Of a DNA stretch of 64,000 nucleotides, positions 20,470-30,784 are shown one piece after another. The stretch lies in NCBI GenBank assembly GCA_964621445.1, contig CAZUNO010000007.1, positions 32,001 through 96,000 on the forward strand, in the 5' to 3' direction. The number at the start of each line of letters is the position of its first letter. The first letter of the stretch is position 1. Origin of the DNA: Candidatus Hadarchaeota archaeon. Its GTDB lineage: Archaea > CAYQAE01 > CAYVLA01. Position numbers and translations under genes: made by a program. The notes beneath the pieces are model-generated. The model saw nothing but the letters and a program-made list of their open reading frames with translations, ran no database searches and was not told where the DNA came from.

Positions 20470-21933
20470 TCAGTAATCCATATACTTCATTATCTCCCAC
20501 GGCGTTACGTAGAGACAATATTGATTCCACTCATCGATCTTGAGACCAACAAATTGTTCGAATATGTGATCCCCGAGAAGGTCCAAGAGGACTTGATCCG
20601 TGCTCAGATGATCGATGGCGTCTCTCAAGGTGGTCGGTAGCTCTCCCACGCCGTGTTCCTCCTTCTCAGCTGCGGACAGTCCATACATGTCCGTACGTAG
20701 GGGGTCTCCAGGCTCTATCTTGTTCTTAATTCCGTCCAGCCCGGCCGCCAGCATTGCCCCGAAAGCAACGTACGGGTTGCAGGTTGGGTCTGCGGCCCTG
20801 TACTCACAACGTATGGCTCCCGGGCTGCTAAAGTATAGAGGTACCCTGATGAGGGCGCTCCTGTTCCTGGGGCTCCAGCTGATGTTAATTGGGGCCTCGA
20901 ACCCCGGGACCAATCTCTTGTAGCTATTCACGGTCGGGCAGCAGAGAGCGGTAAGGGCCTTTGAGTGTTCAATTAGCCCGCCGATGTAGTATCTGGCCGT
21001 CTGACTCAGGTTGTAATCCTCGTCAGGATCGTAGAAGACATTCTCGCCCTTGAAGGGCTCACCTTTCCAGAGGCTCTGGTGGGTATGCATTCCGCTGGCA
21101 TTATCCAGGTAAATTGGCTTGGGCATGAAGGTGGAGACCCATCCATACCTATCGGCCACGTTCTTGGCAGCGAATTTGTAGGTGTAGAAGGCGTCCCCGC
21201 ATTCGACGAGCGTCTTAGCTTTGTAATTAAGTTCGACCTGACCGGAGGTCGCAACCTCGTGGTGATGGTACTCTATATTGACATCCATGCTTTCGAGATA
21301 TGAGGCCAGTTCGTTTCTATAATCATTAGTAGTATCTTCGGGAGGCGCACGAAAGTATGCCTCCTTGGGTCTCAGAGGAACCTTCCCGGTCGTCGTCTCG
21401 GGTGACCGGGGGACCACCCTGGGGGGACCCCAGGAATCTCCCTTTCCACCATTTGGGGATACGAAGGGATCGTATACCAGGTTCGTTGGATCTATGCTTT
21501 CAAAGACAAAGAACTCAATTTCTGGGCCAAAAACCGCAGAATAGCCCATCGATTCGGCCATCTCCACCGCCTTTCTACCAACGTAACCACGTGGGTCAAC
21601 CTCGGATGGATTTCCATCGCTGCTTTCACCAAAGGCCTCGAATATGTCCCCGAAGACCATTACCGAGCGTTGAACTGGTTCCTCGATCCAGGGAATGTAC
21701 CTTAAACTGGATGTATCAGGTACCCAAACCATATCGCTACTTTCTATGGACTTAAATCCGCGAATCGATGAGCCATCGAATCCTACACCTTCCGTGGCAT
21801 CTCCTTTTATGAACTCCCTAACCGGTATGGTGAAGCTCTGGAGTATACCCCTCAGATCGCTAAACATGCACATGACGTTCTTGGCCTGAGAGTTCTCTAT
21901 TAGCTCGAGGAAGTTGTCCTTCTCCATACACAT
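20470..21933 (-). CDS. glnA: Glutamine synthetase type I
   Basis: FDGSSI, GPEIEFF, HHHEVA, TFMPKP, SGMHTHQSLW, NSYKRLVPGFEAP, NRSALIRVP. Confidence 0.97.
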   Translation of the reverse strand: MCMEKDNFLELIENSQAKNVMCMFSDLRGILQSFTIPVREFIKGDATEGVGFDGSSIRGFKSIESSDMVWVPDTSSLRYIPWIEEPVQRSVMVFGDIFEAFGESSDGNPSEVDPRGYVGRKAVEMAESMGYSAVFGPEIEFFVFESIDPTNLVYDPFVSPNGGKGDSWGPPRVVPRSPETTTGKVPLRPKEAYFRAPPEDTTNDYRNELASYLESMDVNIEYHHHEVATSGQVELNYKAKTLVECGDAFYTYKFAAKNVADRYGWVSTFMPKPIYLDNASGMHTHQSLWKGEPFKGENVFYDPDEDYNLSQTARYYIGGLIEHSKALTALCCPTVNSYKRLVPGFEAPINISWSPRNRSALIRVPLYFSSPGAIRCEYRAADPTCNPYVAFGAMLAAGLDGIKNKIEPGDPLRTDMYGLSAAEKEEHGVGELPTTLRDAIDHLSTDQVLLDLLGDHIFEQFVGLKIDEWNQYCLYVTPWEIMKYMDY

Positions 21934-21979
21934 CGCCAGGTACTGTTACAATAGATCTAAGAAAAGTATTGACCAATGA

Positions 21980-22013
21980 GAATACGTATTCATACAACGA
22001 ATACGTATAGCAA
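21980..22013. promoter_or_regulatory. Tandem palindromic operator upstream of glnA
   Basis: GAATACGTATTC 21980-21991 and AATACGTATA 22000-22009, 19 bp apart. 22000-22013 is the exact reverse complement of 10655-10668. Confidence 0.78.
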
Positions 22014-22116
22014 TTCCAGGTTATTATCCCTAATCCCTGTGGTTGGTTGCACGATAATGTGGAAATCATACAAGATTTTTATCGAATAGGATTCGTCATA
22101 TGGACGGGAAAGGGCC

Positions 22117-23358
22117 TTGAGGGCGAAGACACCGATCGTTTTGATGTGCATTATCCTTTTTTTATCATCACAGTGCCAGGGACAAGGGGATCAGAGAAAG
22201 ATAGAGGTCCTTGTATTGAGCAAGGCAAACGTCGTTCAGACCCTGTCGGCCTGGTTCAATGCGGAGCCTTCAATAGATTTCTCTATCGTGGTCACCCGGG
22301 TTTACGGCGAGGTGACGAGGGAAGATATCAGGAGGTACATGAGGCTCTATTTCCCCAGGTCCTACCAAGCCCTGAATTCCTATGATTTCTACTACCTTGC
22401 CCAGACCGATATGACATTCCTTTCCCCCAAGCAGGAGAAATGGATCTATGATGCTATTACTGGGGGATCGAAGGGCGGTGTCAATACCAGGAGCGTCATG
22501 AGCACCCATGACTGGTTCAATGTACCCTGGGCGGATAGCGTGGTGTCAGAGGCTTTTCCGAATAACGCGGATACAGTTGTGTCCGATGAAGCGCATCAGC
22601 AGGCACCTCCCGGTCCTCTGGTGATCAAGGACGACCCTGAATTACCGGCGATAATGAAACCATATAAGGAGCCGCTGGAAGGGATCTTTACCAACCTGGA
22701 AGGCCTAAACACCATACCCAAGCCCGGGTCTGTCATCCTTTCCTACGTCAGGAATAACCAGGGGCAAGGACACCCCATTCCGGGACAGGTTGCCCACATA
22801 TTTTACTGGAAATGGAACAATTCAATCACCTTCACCTTTCAGGATCAACCCGTCCATCTTTTCTGGAATCAACCAGGCTCCACACTGCACAACCCCTACA
22901 CCATTGATATAACGGCAAATGTGATCTGGTTCGCAACCGGCCGTGAGCTTCCAGATGACCCCTTAAGGGTTCACGATTTCAGGCGGGACCTCTATGACTT
23001 TAACATCGGGAAGTCCCTGCTGGTGAGCCTTCTGGACTTTGCCGAGAAGTTCGGGGCCAATCCCGCTCCGATGTATCGGGATCTTGACGAGGTTCAGGGG
23101 TTGAGAGCTCAAGCCAAGGATCATTACCTGGAGGGAAGATTCGATCATGCCTACCAGTCAATGAAGGAAGCAAACAGTGCCCTGGAGTCCCTGGAGGAAA
23201 AGGCAGCCAATCTGAAGGACCGTGCCCTGCTCTGGGTATATATCGTGGAGTGGCTCAGCATCACCGGGGCCCTTCTGGTAGCCGGGTTCGTGGTGTGGAC
23301 CCTGATGGTTAGAAGAACCCTGTACAGGGAGGTATCGGCAACCCGAACCTTTGATTAG
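22117..23358 (+). CDS. Uncharacterised secreted, C-terminally membrane-anchored protein (paralogue 3 of 3)
   Basis: Signal peptide; RLYFPR; LPDDPLRV; RALLWVYIVEW transmembrane segment; RRTLYREV tail. Confidence 0.8.
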   Translation: MRAKTPIVLMCIILFLSSQCQGQGDQRKIEVLVLSKANVVQTLSAWFNAEPSIDFSIVVTRVYGEVTREDIRRYMRLYFPRSYQALNSYDFYYLAQTDMTFLSPKQEKWIYDAITGGSKGGVNTRSVMSTHDWFNVPWADSVVSEAFPNNADTVVSDEAHQQAPPGPLVIKDDPELPAIMKPYKEPLEGIFTNLEGLNTIPKPGSVILSYVRNNQGQGHPIPGQVAHIFYWKWNNSITFTFQDQPVHLFWNQPGSTLHNPYTIDITANVIWFATGRELPDDPLRVHDFRRDLYDFNIGKSLLVSLLDFAEKFGANPAPMYRDLDEVQGLRAQAKDHYLEGRFDHAYQSMKEANSALESLEEKAANLKDRALLWVYIVEWLSITGALLVAGFVVWTLMVRRTLYREVSATRTFD

Positions 23359-24647
23359 TTTCGGGGAAGCTTCCCGGCTTCCCGAACGTAGCTAACAGCT
23401 TTGCGCAAGAGGGCCGGGTCCACTCCGACATAGGTCTCTCCGCCTATTGCTACCTGATAGCCTCCCCCGATACCGCCAAGTTCAATGCAATTGTCCAGCT
23501 TGGAACGCACGTGATCGAAGGAAGTGCCCTCGTAGAAATCCTTGCAGTTCAGCCCCCCGGAAAAGTTGACCTTACCCTTTAGGCTCTGTACCGCCTTCTC
23601 CAGCGAACTGAACCCTCCTATATCCATATCCGTTAGCTTGACTTCATTGGCCAAAATGTCGAAGAGATGGTCATTGGGGCCGTCTCCGTGGAGTCTTCTC
23701 CCCTTTGGGCCGAACCTTTCATACATTCTCATTACATAAGGCATCTCGAATTCCCTGTATTGTTCGGGCTTCAGCATCAGCATGTGATCGTCTGCCAGGC
23801 CGAATTTCTCCTTTCTTTTCCCCTCAACCTTCTCCTCATATTCATGGAGTCGTATCTTTTCCTCCGCCAGTTTATTGAAAAACCTGTGTATCAGGTCCGG
23901 ATCGGTGTACATCAACTTTATGACCGTTTTTGGCTCCATCAGAGCGCAGGAGGCAGAGAGGGGGGGATGTATACCTATTCCAGCACCCGCGGAAATGTTC
24001 CCACCCGCGTCCTCAACCCTCTCCTTTGCCTTCCGGTCCAGCTCCCTGACATATTCCAGGCCCGGGTGCTCCTCGGGGTGTGGTATCTCGGTGTTGATGA
24101 ACCGTTCCACGTCATCCTTGGTTTCCAGCTGGCGCACTATCCATGGGGAGGTGTCATCGTGGTACTCAATCTTGAAGCCGAACAATACACCTTCGCCTAC
24201 AGGTCCCAGTTCAGTGCGGAGGCTACACCCCGTGCGATCGTCCTTTAGCCTTTCAAAGGACCATCGGTGCCCTTGCAGCTGGATTTTGAAATCCAGGTCC
24301 ATATTGGAGTAGTAGTCCCGGAGGTCCGCGTTGGATTTATACTGGCCATCATTAAGCTTACAGAAATAGCTCCCGGAAACGCTGATCTTGATGGGAACCG
24401 AATCCGGGGACTCGAATCTCTTACTCATTTCTATCCTTCGGCGGGAGTCCTCGATCTGTTCCTGGTAGTCCTCGATATCGAACTCCCGAATCATGTCCTC
24501 GACTTTCTGGGGTTGAACGATCTCCCTGGATTGCTGCTTCTTCTGGTACTTGATCCATTCCTCTACATTCTCGGATGGAAAAGGTATTTTTTCGCTCAAG
24601 ATTCTCACCTCACCCTGGTGGTGGGTTGTGCAAAAATGTATCGCCAA
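23355..24647 (-). CDS. Uroporphyrinogen decarboxylase (URO-D)/MtaA-like TIM-barrel protein
   Basis: ..DPDLIH.., ADD..MLKPEQYREFEMPY, LHGDG, GGGYQV pattern. Real start may be downstream of 24647. Confidence 0.8.
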   Translation of the reverse strand: MAIHFCTTHHQGEVRILSEKIPFPSENVEEWIKYQKKQQSREIVQPQKVEDMIREFDIEDYQEQIEDSRRRIEMSKRFESPDSVPIKISVSGSYFCKLNDGQYKSNADLRDYYSNMDLDFKIQLQGHRWSFERLKDDRTGCSLRTELGPVGEGVLFGFKIEYHDDTSPWIVRQLETKDDVERFINTEIPHPEEHPGLEYVRELDRKAKERVEDAGGNISAGAGIGIHPPLSASCALMEPKTVIKLMYTDPDLIHRFFNKLAEEKIRLHEYEEKVEGKRKEKFGLADDHMLMLKPEQYREFEMPYVMRMYERFGPKGRRLHGDGPNDHLFDILANEVKLTDMDIGGFSSLEKAVQSLKGKVNFSGGLNCKDFYEGTSFDHVRSKLDNCIELGGIGGGYQVAIGGETYVGVDPALLRKAVSYVREAGKLPRN

Positions 24648-24690
24648 TCTACTATTACTTGGATGAATTGGTTGCCGATCCGTCCTACTC

Positions 24691-26157
24691 TTAACTGGTC
24701 GTTTTTTGCCTTAAGAACCAGGAGAATTTAAGTAAAATCATTAGGATTGCTAAAGTGGATAGAAGAGGGGGTTCGCTCACCGCGCTATTCCATTGCTCGA
24801 AACCTCTCCAAAGATATTCCCTGCCCCCTGCCCTTAACAAGATCGCCCTTGGAAAACTCATTGTTGGCGGAGGCGATGCTTTTCATTGCTATCAGCGGAA
24901 GGGAGCTGTTCCTGGGAGACCTCTCCGCCTGTTGATACATTGGCCATATTACATCCATCAACCTCTGGTAGGACCTCTCCCTAAGTAGGATTAGATCCTC
25001 CCTTGCCTCTTGGATAAGTCCTCCGGGGAACTTTTCCCTGCACAGATCGAGCCCCTCAGCAGTATGGTTCAATGCACCGAGGGATAGGCGAATATCAATT
25101 TCCACAAGGTCCTCAAGTTCCTTGAAAAGGGAATGGCAGTGGGTTCTGGGAATATCTCCCTCATCGAGGCCGAAGAGGAGGCAGGGAAGATCTTCGGGGT
25201 ATATTATTGGACGATCAAGGGTCTCTGTGGTCAGGTTTGCTCCTACATATCCGATTTCCGTGCGATTGGTCATTATCTCCAGCTTTCCATCCAGGCGGTG
25301 TAGAAGCCGGGGATGAGGACGCCGTTGAGATGGTGGTCCTCCCATTGCTCTTTCATTCTCGACATGTAGTCTCTGTCATATCCCGGGTAGGTTTCCTCGG
25401 TCCAGGAAGTGATGGGGGCCAGCGATGAGTTAAACCCCTCGAGAATGCTCCATATGAGCCAGGAGTCCTTATGCCATAGAATCCCCAGGGAAAGGTTTGG
25501 GTTGATTGCATGAACCTTCCTCTCGGTTTCATCGGCCATTGAACGCACCTTATGGGCCTGCCATTTCTCGTACTGGGAAACGAGCCCCCTCTGGGCAAGA
25601 TAGGGATGGCGTTCCCTGGGTATCAGGGAAGGGAAATTTCCACCGGTTTCATTTCCGAATTTGTAAAATGAACTCTCATCATAGGTATAGGAACCAGTTG
25701 GCCACTTGGCAGTTGATCTATAGGGCTCCATGTAAATCACGATTCCCCAGATCGGGTATTGTAGCGAAAGGTTGGCAAGGAAAAGCAAACCCTGTTCAAT
25801 GTGCTTGGACCAGTATTTCTGGTCAAGGGGGGATGTAGTCCTGGGCTCTTGGTTCCCATGCCTATTCATGGCCCGAACATATTCGAAATCTACCTCCGCG
25901 GCATCGTAGTACTGACCCGCGATGAATAGGATACCGTTCTACTGGGCTGCCATGCTTTCATTGCCGTAGGTGTTAAGTATCCAATCTCTTCCCCAATCCC
26001 AATCACCCTGGCGATATCTGGCGTCTAATCCGACGCTTGCCGCTTCGGATGCGTTCCAGGGGCTGTATATGGCGCGGACGAAGGGAAGCTGTTGGGCACT
26101 GCAAGGAACCAGGAATACGAGTACCATTATGAGAAGAAGTGGGATGGGGTGACGCAT
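24691..26157 (-). pseudogene. Disrupted secreted glycoside-hydrolase-like protein with C-terminal anchor
   Basis: The signal-peptide ORF 26157-25939 continues in frame past TAG into 25869-25273. A frameshift near 25290 leads to 25345-24785, and further lesions precede a hydrophobic tail ending at TAA 24691. Confidence 0.7.
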
Positions 26158-26204
26158 GCAGCCCGGGAATACCGTGGATTGAAATCTCTCTCGTTATGAA
26201 TCCA

Positions 26205-27605
26205 TCATTCCATACTTCCAAATGCGTTCTGTACAACCTCGGTCAGTGAGGGGTGTATGTGCATCGAGTTCAATATGTTCATTGCATTGCCTTCAGGGCA
26301 GTTCATGACGTTTACGGCTTCCTGTACCATGACCGGGGCGCAGTGCCCGATAACGTGACAGCCCAGGATCTCCAGGTCCTCGTCATCCACGATGATCTTG
26401 GCAAAACCGGGTGGCTCGCCCATGGCTGACCCCTTGGCCGTGTCGGCATAGTCCCACCTACCGACCATTATCTTCCTCCCCTGCTTGCGCGCCTGCTTCT
26501 CGGTTAGTCCTACAGAACCTATCTGGGGATGGGTGTAAACCGCGTGGGGAACGGCGGACCAATCGACCTTCATCTTTCCGTGTCCATGTTCCTGGTCATC
26601 GTGCAGGGTTTGATGAGCGTTATTCCAGGCCACCTCCGCCTCATAATTGGCGGCATGCCTGTACATGTGGACCCCCAATGCGTCCCCAAAAGCCCATATG
26701 TTCTCCTTAGTTGTCTCCAGGTATTCGTTCACCTTGATGTACCCCCTTTCATCGGTCTCGACCCCGGTTTCCTCCGGGTGCAGTAGGTCACTATTTGAAA
26801 CCCTGCCGGCAGCCACCAGGATTTGGTCTCCCTCGATCTCGATCTGTTCATCCCTGTTCAGATTCCTGGCAACGATCTTTTTCTTACCCCCGTTCTGACT
26901 TACCTCCTCTACCTTGTGTTCGGTGAGCACCTGCATTTGATCCATCATGCTCTCCTGGAGGAGCCTGGATATCTCGGGCTCCTCGTTGGTCATTAGCGTT
27001 GATTCCTGTTCCAGTACGGTAACCTGGGAACCAACTGCAGAGAAGAAGTGGGCAAACTCACACCCCACGTAACCCCCGCCGATGATCAGTATTCTCTCGG
27101 GTTTCTCCTCTAACCCGAATATGGTGTCATTGGTATGATAATCAACATCCTCAATCCCCTCGATATTTGGGATTCTCGGGCGAGCGCCAGAAGCGATGAA
27201 GATCATTTCCCCCTTTATCTTGTCCCCGCCCACCTCGATGGTATAGTCCCCCACGAATTCCCCGGTGTCCTTGTACCAGTTGATCTTGGGATGATGATCG
27301 GCGGAGTGTTCCAATTCCTCCCTCTCCCCCCGTACGTGATTTCTCGTTCTCTCCATTATAGACTTGAAATCCACGGAATCTATACTGGCGTTCACCCCAA
27401 TCTTCTCGGCTTCCTGTGCCATACGTATTACGTCGGCCGGAAAAATTAGCATCTTTGAGGGAATGCAGCCCCGGTTGAGGCACAAACCACCCCAGAGACC
27501 GTGTTCCACTACGGCAATTTTGAGCCCGTGATTTATGGCCCTGGCCCCGACATTCATTCCCGACCCGGATCCCACGATGAGAACATCAAATTTCTTCTCG
27601 AACAT
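26205..27605 (-). CDS. Class I pyridine nucleotide-disulfide oxidoreductase (dihydrolipoyl dehydrogenase/mycothione reductase-like)
   Basis: GSGSG, GGLCLNRGCIPSK redox disulfide, GGGYVG, HIHPSLTE. Confidence 0.9.
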   Translation of the reverse strand: MFEKKFDVLIVGSGSGMNVGARAINHGLKIAVVEHGLWGGLCLNRGCIPSKMLIFPADVIRMAQEAEKIGVNASIDSVDFKSIMERTRNHVRGEREELEHSADHHPKINWYKDTGEFVGDYTIEVGGDKIKGEMIFIASGARPRIPNIEGIEDVDYHTNDTIFGLEEKPERILIIGGGYVGCEFAHFFSAVGSQVTVLEQESTLMTNEEPEISRLLQESMMDQMQVLTEHKVEEVSQNGGKKKIVARNLNRDEQIEIEGDQILVAAGRVSNSDLLHPEETGVETDERGYIKVNEYLETTKENIWAFGDALGVHMYRHAANYEAEVAWNNAHQTLHDDQEHGHGKMKVDWSAVPHAVYTHPQIGSVGLTEKQARKQGRKIMVGRWDYADTAKGSAMGEPPGFAKIIVDDEDLEILGCHVIGHCAPVMVQEAVNVMNCPEGNAMNILNSMHIHPSLTEVVQNAFGSME

Positions 27606-27756
27606 GTAAGTCGGGTAGTCGAGTTATCCAATCCCTGATAAGTCATTCTCAAAACGCCTTGAATTGTAGTCCACTGCTACGACCAGCAGGGGGAATGAAT
27701 CGGCTACGGCATAGTGAAAGGGGAACAGTTTAAGTTCCATCCCCTGAAGACCTGAG

Positions 27757-29700
27757 GTGGTGGAAATGAGAAACGGCTACCAGCACATGGTCCAGGATCA
27801 CTACGTCGATATGGTAAGGGAGATGAGTTCCCAGCGCGACAAATCGCTGCGAGAGATAGAGACCGTTGACGACGTCAGATCATATCAGGAAAGGGTCAAG
27901 GAGGCCATCGACGAGGCCTTCTCACCCAGGCCCCCGAAGACGCCTCTCAAGGCCGAGGTGACGGGGACTGTGGACAGATCGACTCACCGGATTGAAAAGG
28001 TGCTTTTTGAGAGTAGGCCGGACTGCCTGGTCAGCGCAAACCTATACCTGCCTTCGGAGCTGGATGGAAAGGCGCCGGGGGTTATAGCCCCTTGCGGACA
28101 CACCAGCAACGGGAAGGCCGGTGATTTATACCAGGGATTCTGCCAGAGGCTGGTCAACTCCGGGTTCGTGGTTCTTATGTACGACCCCTTCAATCAGGGT
28201 GAGCGGGACCAGTACTTCTACCTCGAGAATAGGGAGAAGGTTGATAGTTCGACCCATGCTCACAATATGATGGGAAAGCAGATGGAACTTCTAGGAGAGT
28301 TCTTCGGCATGTGGCGAGCATGGGATGGCGTGAGAGCCCTCGACTATCTCCTGAGCCGCCCCGAGGTAGACGAAAACCTGATTGGTCTTACCGGAAACTC
28401 CGGGGGAGGAACCCTCACCGAGTGGCTCTGGGCGGTTGATGAAAGGTTCACCATGGCTGCGCCTAGCTGTTTCATCACCACCTTCCTAGCAAACCTGGAG
28501 AATGAGCTTCCTCAGGATTCCGAGCAATACCCCCCAGGTATAATGGGGCGAGGCCTGGAGATGATAGACCTAATGGTGGCCCGGGCCCCAAAACCGGTAC
28601 TTCTGTTGGGTCAGGAGTACGATTATTTCAACAAGAGGGGCCTGGTCAAGGCCTTCCGGGATCTCAAGCATTTCTACAAGCTACTTGGCCGACCAGAAGA
28701 TGTTCAACTCCTCGTAGGTCCCCATGGCCACGGGTACCATGAGGAGAACCAGCGGGCAATGGTCGAGTTCTTCTCCTCCAAAGCGGGGGTTAAGGCCAGG
28801 CGCCTTGAAAATACCGAGGTTGTAGAAGACGGTGACCTCTGGGCAACGGAGGATGGAAATGTCGTAGCACAGGGGTCAAAGCCGGTGTTCGATATCCTTG
28901 CCGATCTCGCCGACCGGGCGAAAAGTTCGAGGAGGAAACTGGAGAAAAAAGCACTGAAGGACAGGGTAAAGGGGATATTGGCGATCCAGGAATTTGGAGG
29001 GGTACCCAGTTACCGTGTTCTCCGAGCTACCGGGCCCGATGAGGATAGGTTCGGGCGCTACGCCGTGGAAACCGAGGGAACTATCCGAGCCATACTGAGA
29101 AGACGGGTCCTCAGGGATGAGCACGTCAATCGTCTGGAGGGAAAGGAGGAAATTGATCTCTATCTACCTCACGTTTCATGCGAGGAGGATATTGAAAAGG
29201 GATGTACTTCCTCCCTGGATGAAGTTTTCTACGCCCTCGACCCCAGGGGAATGGGGGAATCACTGCCCGAGGGTGGCAAGGAGAACTATTTCCATCCCTA
29301 CGGGTTGGATTATATGTACCATGGATTCTGTCTGTTGATGGGCAGGAGCTATCTGGGAGACAGGGTGTTTGATATATTGAGAACCATGAATCTCCTGGGG
29401 GAAAAGGGAGCCGATACCATCAATCTTTGGGGAAGAGGTCAAGGCTCTATACTTGCTTTGTTCGCGGGTCTTCTCCATCCCCTAACCGGTCAGGTAACCC
29501 TTCAGAATTACCCTCCGTCCTTCGATGGATGGATGAGAGTTCCCATAGTCACCTGGCCCGCCTCGAACGTTCCCAGAGGGATTCTAAAGGAATTGGATAT
29601 CCCGGATATCCTGGAAAGCATGGGTCCCGAAGTCGAGTTAATTGATCCCTGGGGACCGGAAATGAACCCAATTGGTTCGGAAGGCTCTAAGGACACCTGA
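27757..29700 (+). CDS. Two-domain alpha/beta hydrolase (acetylxylan esterase-like)
   Basis: PCGH, RALDYLLSRPEVD, nucleophile GNSGGG, HGY; second degenerate hydrolase domain. Confidence 0.85.
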   Translation: MVEMRNGYQHMVQDHYVDMVREMSSQRDKSLREIETVDDVRSYQERVKEAIDEAFSPRPPKTPLKAEVTGTVDRSTHRIEKVLFESRPDCLVSANLYLPSELDGKAPGVIAPCGHTSNGKAGDLYQGFCQRLVNSGFVVLMYDPFNQGERDQYFYLENREKVDSSTHAHNMMGKQMELLGEFFGMWRAWDGVRALDYLLSRPEVDENLIGLTGNSGGGTLTEWLWAVDERFTMAAPSCFITTFLANLENELPQDSEQYPPGIMGRGLEMIDLMVARAPKPVLLLGQEYDYFNKRGLVKAFRDLKHFYKLLGRPEDVQLLVGPHGHGYHEENQRAMVEFFSSKAGVKARRLENTEVVEDGDLWATEDGNVVAQGSKPVFDILADLADRAKSSRRKLEKKALKDRVKGILAIQEFGGVPSYRVLRATGPDEDRFGRYAVETEGTIRAILRRRVLRDEHVNRLEGKEEIDLYLPHVSCEEDIEKGCTSSLDEVFYALDPRGMGESLPEGGKENYFHPYGLDYMYHGFCLLMGRSYLGDRVFDILRTMNLLGEKGADTINLWGRGQGSILALFAGLLHPLTGQVTLQNYPPSFDGWMRVPIVTWPASNVPRGILKELDIPDILESMGPEVELIDPWGPEMNPIGSEGSKDT

Positions 29701-29719
29701 TATCTGAGGAGGCATATGT

Positions 29720-30784
29720 TTGTCATATGATGAGATGAAGCCAAGGGAGCGCTGGTTAGCGGTGCTTGAAAGGAGAAGGCCGGACAGGGTACCCATGGAT
29801 TACTGGGCGACACCAGAGGCTAACCAGAATCTAATCGATTACCTTGGCTGCAAGGACCTTGAACGGGCCTTTGAGATGCTTCACATCGACAAGGTGGTCT
29901 CTGTGTCCGGGAAGTACGTAGGACCGAAAGTGCCCGAGGGAGAGGACGTCTTCGGGTGCAGGTTCAAGGATGTGGAGTATGAAACGGGGATATACCGGGA
30001 GGTGATTCATAACCCGCTGGCCGAATATGAGAGCCTGAAGGAGATAAAGCAGAACTATGAATGGCCGGACCCCGACTGGTGGGATTACTCCGGAGTACCT
30101 GGCCAGATCAGGGGGAAGGAGAAATATCCCATTCGGGGAGGGGGGTCGGAGCCTTTTCTGAAATACAAGAACCTGAGAGGGCAGTGGCAGGCCTACGTTG
30201 ACCTGGTGAAGAACCCGGACATGGTCCACTACTGTCTTGACAAGCTGTTCAATTTAGCCTTTGACAAAACGAAAAGCATCTACGATCGTATACCGGGGGA
30301 GGTGATGATTACCTACATCGCGGAGGACCTCGGCACCCAGACTGGGTTATTGATGTCACCGAGGCAGATTCATGAATTTCTCATCCCCAGAATGAAAAGA
30401 ATGATGGATTTGGCCCATCAGGAAGGTGCTTTCGTCTTCCATCACAGCGACGGATCGGTGCGGGAAATACTCCCCGACATGATCGAGGCGGGAATAGATG
30501 TTCTCAATCCCGTCCAGTGGAGGTGCAAGGGCATGGATAGGGAAGGTCTAAATCGGGATTTCGGGGATCAAATAATTTTTCACGGTGCCATGGATAACCA
30601 GCGTACGCTTCCCTTCGGCGATGTAAAGGACGTAAGGGCGGAAGTTGCCGATAATTTACGGCTGCTGGGAAAGGACGGCGGCTATATTCTAGCTCCTTGC
30701 CATAATATTCAGGCGAATACCCCTGCAGAAAACGTGGTTGCCATGTACGAGGAGGGGTATAGGAGGGGCAAAGACAAGTACTAG
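29720..30784 (+). CDS. URO-D/MtaA-like family protein
   Basis: PDRVP, EDLGTQTGLLMSP, HHSDG, LNPVQ, GGYILAPCHNIQ. Confidence 0.9.
   Translation: MSYDEMKPRERWLAVLERRRPDRVPMDYWATPEANQNLIDYLGCKDLERAFEMLHIDKVVSVSGKYVGPKVPEGEDVFGCRFKDVEYETGIYREVIHNPLAEYESLKEIKQNYEWPDPDWWDYSGVPGQIRGKEKYPIRGGGSEPFLKYKNLRGQWQAYVDLVKNPDMVHYCLDKLFNLAFDKTKSIYDRIPGEVMITYIAEDLGTQTGLLMSPRQIHEFLIPRMKRMMDLAHQEGAFVFHHSDGSVREILPDMIEAGIDVLNPVQWRCKGMDREGLNRDFGDQIIFHGAMDNQRTLPFGDVKDVRAEVADNLRLLGKDGGYILAPCHNIQANTPAENVVAMYEEGYRRGKDKY

Noticed and set aside
25939-25941. Pyrrolysine or amber recoding
   Set aside because: The same gene also has frameshifts, many intact genes here end in TAG, and no pyl genes are in the window.
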